From Epithemia pelagica (taxonomy: Eukaryota; Protista; Bacillariophyta): DNA of 64,000 nucleotides. Under the pieces are notes generated by a model that did no database searches, was not told where the DNA came from, and saw nothing but the letters and a program-made list of their open reading frames with translations. The translations under genes were made by a program, and so were the position numbers. The stretch is from contig OX337238.1 of the NCBI GenBank assembly GCA_946965045.2, forward strand, positions 186,001-250,000, written 5' to 3'. Below, piece after piece: positions 57,537 through 64,000 of the stretch; position 1 is the stretch's first letter; every line of letters begins with the position of its first letter.

Positions 57537-59872
57537 CATTCTTCTTCTTCTTCTTCTTCTTCTTCGTCGTCGTCTTCTTCCTCGAGCAATTCTTCATCAT
57601 CTTCCTCGTCGTCATCGTTCCAATTGCACAAAGCTTCAATGGCTTCCATGGCATCGTGTTCGGCCATTTTGAGTGCATATTGGCGACAGGGCCGACTGGC
57701 CTTCATGGACTCTTTCCGAATCAGCAACCATCCTTCTCCGGTATTGCTCAATCCATCCACCGTCGTGGAGGCGACATTGGTCAAGACAATGCGGCGATGT
57801 TTTTCACACAACAAACCGCCACGAGGACAAATGTGCATTTCCAAGCCTCGGACATGGTCCCGATCGGCCACGACCCGCAAGGACGTATGGACATCGTCTT
57901 CGGTGACACTCTTTTTGTGCGAGGAAAACAATTTGGTCACGGCTTCCATGTATTCGGAATCGTCCAAGGCATCCTTGACCAATTCCATACATTCGTGTCG
58001 GATTTGTGCCATTTCTTCGGAATTCCACCAGAGTTGCGATTTCAAATCTTGGGGAAAGGACTGTGTTGTATGCTGTGACGATAGGGAAATGCTGCGATCC
58101 ATGGCATGGGATCGACTGTTCTTGTTGTGGTTGTTGTGGTTGTGGTTATTATTGGCATGAGAAGATTCTTGGTATTGTTGTTGCAATTGTTCCAATCGTT
58201 CTTGTTGTTCTTGCAAGGATTGCAATCGATGATTGGTGACAATGTGAATCGTGGGTTCGGACGAGAATCGAACCTTGGTCACTGGCCCTCCCGTGGTCAT
58301 GGGTGGTACGGAAATGGTCGACAAGTCGCCGGGCGAGGCTGTCCAGGCTTCGTCCTCCTCAATCGTAGTGCCGCCCGCACCGAGTGGTCGTGTCTTGAGA
58401 TTGGGTGTGATGGGATGCTGTGCCGCTGTATTTGTACTGTCTCTCCAAGGATTGTACTGACTTCCAAATTGCGCGGTGGAGGTTTGGGACGACGATTCGA
58501 CTGTGGGGGCCGGAGAGGGTGGTGCCTCTTGAAGATGGGAATGGGTTTGGTGGTGGTAGTCATTGGAACGGTGGTGCGATGGTTGGAGTCTTGCACCATT
58601 GGTACTTGTACTACTGCTTCCGGTGCTGCCCCGACGACAAAAGGGATTGACAAAATTTTCCTTGCGAAACAAGCCTCGATGTTTGCGTTTGGTGGGAGGA
58701 ATGTGATCTTCTGAACCAGCATCCATTGTGGCAGTATTAGTAGTAGTATTTTCAATGCCCGGTCCCAGGGAGGATCGTCGATGGGGCACCTTGGGAGGAC
58801 TGTTGCTGTTGCAAGTATCCATCCTGGTAGGGTCAGGGGGAACTGGTTGTTGATGATGTTGGGGACTGGGTTCGGTCGCCGTTCCAACCATGAGTTCCTC
58901 TTGTCCAATCGAAGCTCGTCGCCGTACGGGTCGGGGAGGTTTCGCATCCGGATTGGGACCAAAGGATCCTCGACGATAGGCCGTTCGGGGGGAGGGTTGT
59001 TTCATGCTGCTTGGTACCGATGTTGCTGTTGTTGGTGTTGTAGGAGTGGCATCCTTGGTGACGGGAGACGGAGAGGAGGGACCTGGAGTTTCAAGTGTTG
59101 AGATTGTCGTTGACTCCTCCTTGAGTGTTTGTTGTGGTTGTTTCTTGGAGGGTTTGCAAGACGAGGAAGACTCTTGTTGTTGTTGTTGTGGTTGCTGTTC
59201 TTTTTTGTTACTAGTAGCAGTGGAGGAAGACGGAGGAACCGTTATTGGGGAAGGATTCGGCGTGGAAGGACTGGATGTAGTATTGTTGTTGTTGTTGGCA
59301 CTATTACACGTTTGCATGGAATCTCTGCGAAACAGCGATCGTCGTGACACGGCAATGGCTTGAGCCGAATTGGCATTGGAGGGCGATGGCATGGATAACA
59401 AAAAGGACGACTCCTTGCTGCCATCCTTGTTGTTGTTGTTGGGAACGCCCGAGGCGGTGGAGGATGCCGTGGATACGGTGGAAGTGGAAGAAATGTGCGT
59501 CAAGGAACTCCGCCGTTGAAAAAAGGATCGTCGCGAAGCGGCCGAGGATGGTGCTTGTTGTTGTTGTTGTTGTTGTTGCTGTTGGTGTTGCAAACTAAAG
59601 GACCCTCGTCGTTGCAACAAGCGTCGCTTCGAAGAAAAGGAGGCCACCAAGGCTGGATTGGGACCATCGGAATCGGCCGTTGTGGTGGTTGTGGAAGTTG
59701 TATGGTTGTGAGTTCCAGCCGAAAGGGAGGGTGACGATTGCGAATGATGATTGTACGAACGACTTCGAAACAAGAGCGATCGCCGACTCAAAGACGAATT
59801 CGAATTCGAACAAGACGAAGAGGTGGCCGCCACTGCGGTTCCTCCAGGGCCGGTCATGGTATCTGGTTCCAA
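56942..59872 (-). CDS. Low-complexity protein (976 aa) with a central-to-C-terminal conserved-looking domain
   Basis: Single long ORF with poly-Q/S/T/D/E tracts. The segment VRFS...LWWNSEEM...RGLE...YA..MAE.DA.EA resembles a common diatom domain of unknown function (from memory, not searched). Confidence 0.8.
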
Positions 59873-59970
59873 TTGTGTATATATATGTGTGTGTTGGTGT
59901 CGGGCTGTGTGGTTGTTCTTGGTGGAACGTTTGGGATGGTTTGGACTCGACCACTCCCTTGTTTTACGCT

Positions 59971-60255
<285 letters not shown>

Positions 60256-61186
60256 ACTCCAAACAACAAGAGCTAGTAGTAGAGAGACTTGATTAAACAA
60301 CAACAAACCAAACCCAAGAGACGAAAGAATGGAACGCCCCGGTGGGTGAAGGCCCAATCCGGGGAAATCAGATTGGTTGGGATCGGTTTGGTGGGGAAAA
60401 ACACTCCAAGAATCGATAAGCCCCAGTCCGTTCCTGTCATTCTGAGTCATTGAAATGCTGTAGGATATTTTGTAGGGATACACAATGTCCCTGCCATTTC
60501 CTAATACTTGTACCGTCGATACAATCTAATCGTTGAATGAACGGGAAGTAGCGACTACTGCCCCAAGCCTCCAAGACATGGCATTGTGACTGGTTGCATT
60601 CATATTATTATTAGCGGAATGATACAGCAACTCTTTTTGTCGTTTGGTTTATGATTGGAAGTTGGACCATTGCCAAATCCCGAATCTTCAACACGCGACG
60701 GAGAGAGAGAGCATACCATTCTGTTTTCGTTTTCAATCATCCCTTGTGTGTTGGTTGGTTGCCATGATTCGGCCTGCAGGGTACTATTCATGACTCTTAT
60801 TGCTCTAGGTAGTACTGGCACGGTTCAATGAGTGTGTGAGGATTGTCGTTGTTGTTTGGATCAATGTTCCATTCGCCTCTCCCACCACAACCACAGCCAT
60901 TTTGTCGTACCCCTCTGTGTCCATCCCCAAACGGGCCCAAACGGGAATCTCCCACAGAGAGACACACGCTACATGTGTGTGTGTGTTGGGAGACTACAGT
61001 CTACTGGAACGCTTTTTTTCCGTGCGGATTCCTTGTTTCAAAAAGGAGCAACAACAACAAGAGTCGAGTGGGGATATCCGGGAGATCCTTCTTTGGGGGG
61101 ACCGTCCACACCGCCAAGACACCGTTTCATGTGGTAACGAGAAAGGCAAAAGAATAATGCCTATTACAGAAGCCAACACAAACCAC

Positions 61187-61685
61187 CAGGGTGACCGGAG
61201 TCTAATTATACCCTCACTGTTAGACCCGGTCTAATTATACCCTCACTTTTAGACCCGGTCTAAAAGGGTATAATTATTTTAGACAGAGGTCGGGTCGAAA
61301 ATAAAATTTTTAGACTCTTAACCTTAACCCTTCAGTAGCGCCGCCACCACTGCGCGAGTACGAGACCGTTCTGCATTCATCTCAATGACATCTCAATGAA
61401 CAAAGTAAGGTCTCAGTTATCCTCTCTCATGCTTAGAGAGTGCAAGAACAATGTCATCCATACCACCCAATAACTTCGATGATGAAGCTATGAGGTCCTC
61501 TGGATGTGTTGTCATAGACAATGCTCGCTCCTAGTAGCTGGCTGTCTAGGGCTAGGGTTATTGCATCGTCGTACAAAACCACGGTGAGATTTTAGACCCT
61601 GTTTTAGACATTTTATACAGTCTAAGAGTACTTTTAGATTTATGTTAGACCTGAAATATTTTAGACTGTCTAAGCGGTCACCCTG
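61187..61685. mobile_element. hAT-type MITE (499 bp)
   Basis: TIRs CAGGGTGACCG and CGGTCACCCTG, flanked by the direct repeat AAACCAC. Subterminal GTCTAA/TTAGAC motifs include a 29-bp tandem pair at 61200-61257. Confidence 0.8.
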
Positions 61686-62647
61686 AAACCACCGCAACCA
61701 AAAAGATCTTTGGTGTCCAGTCTTGTTGTAGTAGTAATTTCGTTCCAGAAGCCTGCGTTTGCAACCGTATACGAATCGATGTACTATACATGATACTATT
61801 TTGTATCCTCTCTTCTTGCATGTGTATGGGGCAAGATTCGAGAGGAATACTCGAATTCCCGATTCCACTTGGGAACGGCATACCATGTCCTGATATGTGG
61901 TTGGTGGTCCCCCACAAAGTGGCGCCAACCAGAAGGGCGAGTCGGTTTTCATTCATCCTCATGGTCGGGACCTTTTTCTCGTCAGTCCCTACCAAAACGG
62001 ATGAAAGCTCTTTGCGTGCGACCGATCAGCGAATGATGGAGAGGAGTTCGACCCAGGGACTAGCAATCCCTTTGTTGCCTGGTGACATGGCTCCATCAAC
62101 AACAAGGGTAACCTTACGAGTCTTTGATGATGGGGGTGTTATTAGATCCATCTCTCGACCATACTGGCCGTTGCCGGCAAGGCAATGAATCCCCAGCACT
62201 AAACTGGCGGAATCGACCCAATCCATAGTGTTTAGTAAAAGGAGAAACCATGCCCGGTCCATTCCAACATGTTGTGTGGTATGGTTCCATCACGACACGA
62301 CAAGGTGACAAACTCTCTCTACTTGGTCCATAGAGATAAAAACACTGCCCTTGTGGAACGAATCCAGGTGTTTTAGAATTATAAAGTGTGAGGTTCATCT
62401 TGGCTGTTTCGAGAAACCATACACATTAGAGAGGTGGTGGTGGTGGTAATCTTGTAGCACCCTTGTGTTACCCCACAAGGGCTGGTAAAAGTGGCCATTC
62501 ACGACAGGGTCGTCGCAGAATGGGTCTTGGTGGTGGTCGTTTTTTCTGTTCTTCTTCTTCTATCGCGTCATGTTCCTTGTCCTCGTAGTAGTCTTGAGGG
62601 TCCATACTATAATTTATCATATTCGTCGTCTTGAGGGTCCATACGGT

Positions 62648-63640
62648 TTACTTTTTTTCTTCTCCCAACTTGCCAAACATGTAGGAAAAGAGGGCACCAA
62701 CCAAGAGGGATCCGGACAAGGCATTGCCAATGGCCACGGGAATCAAGTTGCGCGTCAAGGCTTGCCAGACCGTGACGGGTCCGCCACACAAGAGTCCCGC
62801 GGGCAACAAGAACATGTTGGCGACGGAATGTTCAAAGCCAATGGCGACAAAGGTGGAAATGGGCAACAAGATACCAAAATACTTGCCTGTCAAATCCTTG
62901 GCTTGCATACTCAGGTAGACGGCCAAGCAGACGAGCCAGTTGCAAAGCATGGCGCGGACAATAATGGGTCCCAAGGGAATGCTCGTCTTGTTAATCAACG
63001 TCTTGACGGCCAAATCGGCCGATCCGCCCGACAAGACACCGGAAAAGCGACACAAAACGGCAAAGAAACTGCAGGCAATCAAGTTGCCCAGGAACGAAAG
63101 AGCCCAGGATCGGGCCAATTTGCCGACAGTCGTTTTCTTTTCGCAGACCGCCGCCGTCATGTAGGCCGTATTGCCAGTAAACAATTGTCCGCCGGCTTGC
63201 AAGGCCAACAAGAGATTGACGGGAAACAAAATGGCAAACATGAGTTTGCTCAAACCGGGATTCAATTCGGCGACACCGCCCATGTTGCCGGAAATGGCCA
63301 AACTCAACATGCCACCCATTCCGACATAGGCACCGCCAATCATGGCCGACACGAGCGTCTTCATTTTGCTCATGTTGGAATTGGTGGCACCCTTTTTGGC
63401 CAAGATTTGAAAGGCCGCCGCCGGTGTTTCAATCATGGTGATTTTGTCGTAATCAATCTCCGGAACGACCGTGGCCGGGGCGGCAGTTGCCGAATTCGTG
63501 GAAGGAGTGGCCGAAGTCACATCGGCACTGGCCACGTGCAAGGGACGAACAAACAGGGACGATTTGGTGGCGGGGGAAAAGGCCGCAACACCACTCGACA
63601 ATGCCGCCAAGGCAATCACGGAAGCAGATTTCACAAACAT
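62648..63640 (-). CDS. NAR1: Formate/nitrite transporter (FNT family), likely plastid nitrite transporter
   Basis: FNT motifs GGQLFTGN, LCNWLVCLA, FVAIGFEHSVANMF and GNALSG, with about six TM segments. The signal peptide ends VAA-FSP (ASAF-type) and is followed by a Ser/Thr/Ala-rich transit peptide. Confidence 0.9.
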   Translation of the reverse strand: MFVKSASVIALAALSSGVAAFSPATKSSLFVRPLHVASADVTSATPSTNSATAAPATVVPEIDYDKITMIETPAAAFQILAKKGATNSNMSKMKTLVSAMIGGAYVGMGGMLSLAISGNMGGVAELNPGLSKLMFAILFPVNLLLALQAGGQLFTGNTAYMTAAVCEKKTTVGKLARSWALSFLGNLIACSFFAVLCRFSGVLSGGSADLAVKTLINKTSIPLGPIIVRAMLCNWLVCLAVYLSMQAKDLTGKYFGILLPISTFVAIGFEHSVANMFLLPAGLLCGGPVTVWQALTRNLIPVAIGNALSGSLLVGALFSYMFGKLGEEKK

Positions 63641-64000
63641 GATGATGATCGAATGGAAACTATAGACGAAAAAGCCTACTTAGGGTGAGTGAGACCGAAC
63701 AACAACAAAACGACCGGAATGGGTTTGTGTGGTACGTACTAACCTTGACACGAAATGATGTCTCGAAGCGATTTCGAAGGAGATCAACTCGGTGCAGGTT
63801 TCTCTGTCGAGAGAGTCTCTTTTGCTTCTCATTGAGAAGCGATGGGGGATGGGGCGTACGACAAGACCGAGGGCGAACTCACCTTCCATCTTCCGGTACC
63901 CAACAGGTGTGTGTCAGACGGAAAGAGGGATTTTGCTTAACAATCTAGTCCTGTTATGACACGAAGACATGTCGTATTCGGATTTTGTGTTTAAGCAATG

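Noticed and set aside
61315-61562. Telomere-like TAACCTTAACCC and TAGGGCTAGGGTTA
   Set aside because: Only one or two degenerate units inside a MITE; not a telomere array.
61700-62400. Short overlapping ORFs that might be a decayed gene
   Set aside because: No consistent frame, splice structure or recognisable motif.
62570-63688. 372-aa plus-strand ORF
   Set aside because: Antisense to the FNT gene; no recognisable motifs.

Overview
Eukaryotic DNA with short GT-AG introns. The cyclase-PDE gene family and an ASAF-type bipartite plastid signal point to a pennate diatom, possibly Seminavis-like (inference). Host genes: a partial mucin-like membrane protein, two tandem membrane guanylate-cyclase/phosphodiesterase (GC/PDE) paralogues, a low-complexity orphan and a plastid formate/nitrite transporter. 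About two-thirds of the window (~43 kb) is transposon insertion. It includes a Mutator-like element, two MITEs and an 18-kb CACTA/Plavaka element. It also includes a 21-kb nest (CRE-type retrotransposon, a 10-kb CACTG-ended element inside it, and a hAT element) in one intron of the second, decayed GC/PDE gene. Main candidate system: two unrelated CACTA/Plavaka-type elements share a layout of divergent accessory gene, transposase and convergent cargo enzyme. One carries a double-RING + TET/JBP-like dioxygenase; the other carries a class-III PLP aminotransferase-fold protein with a possible C-terminal winged helix. All family assignments come from reading motifs by eye; no searches were run.
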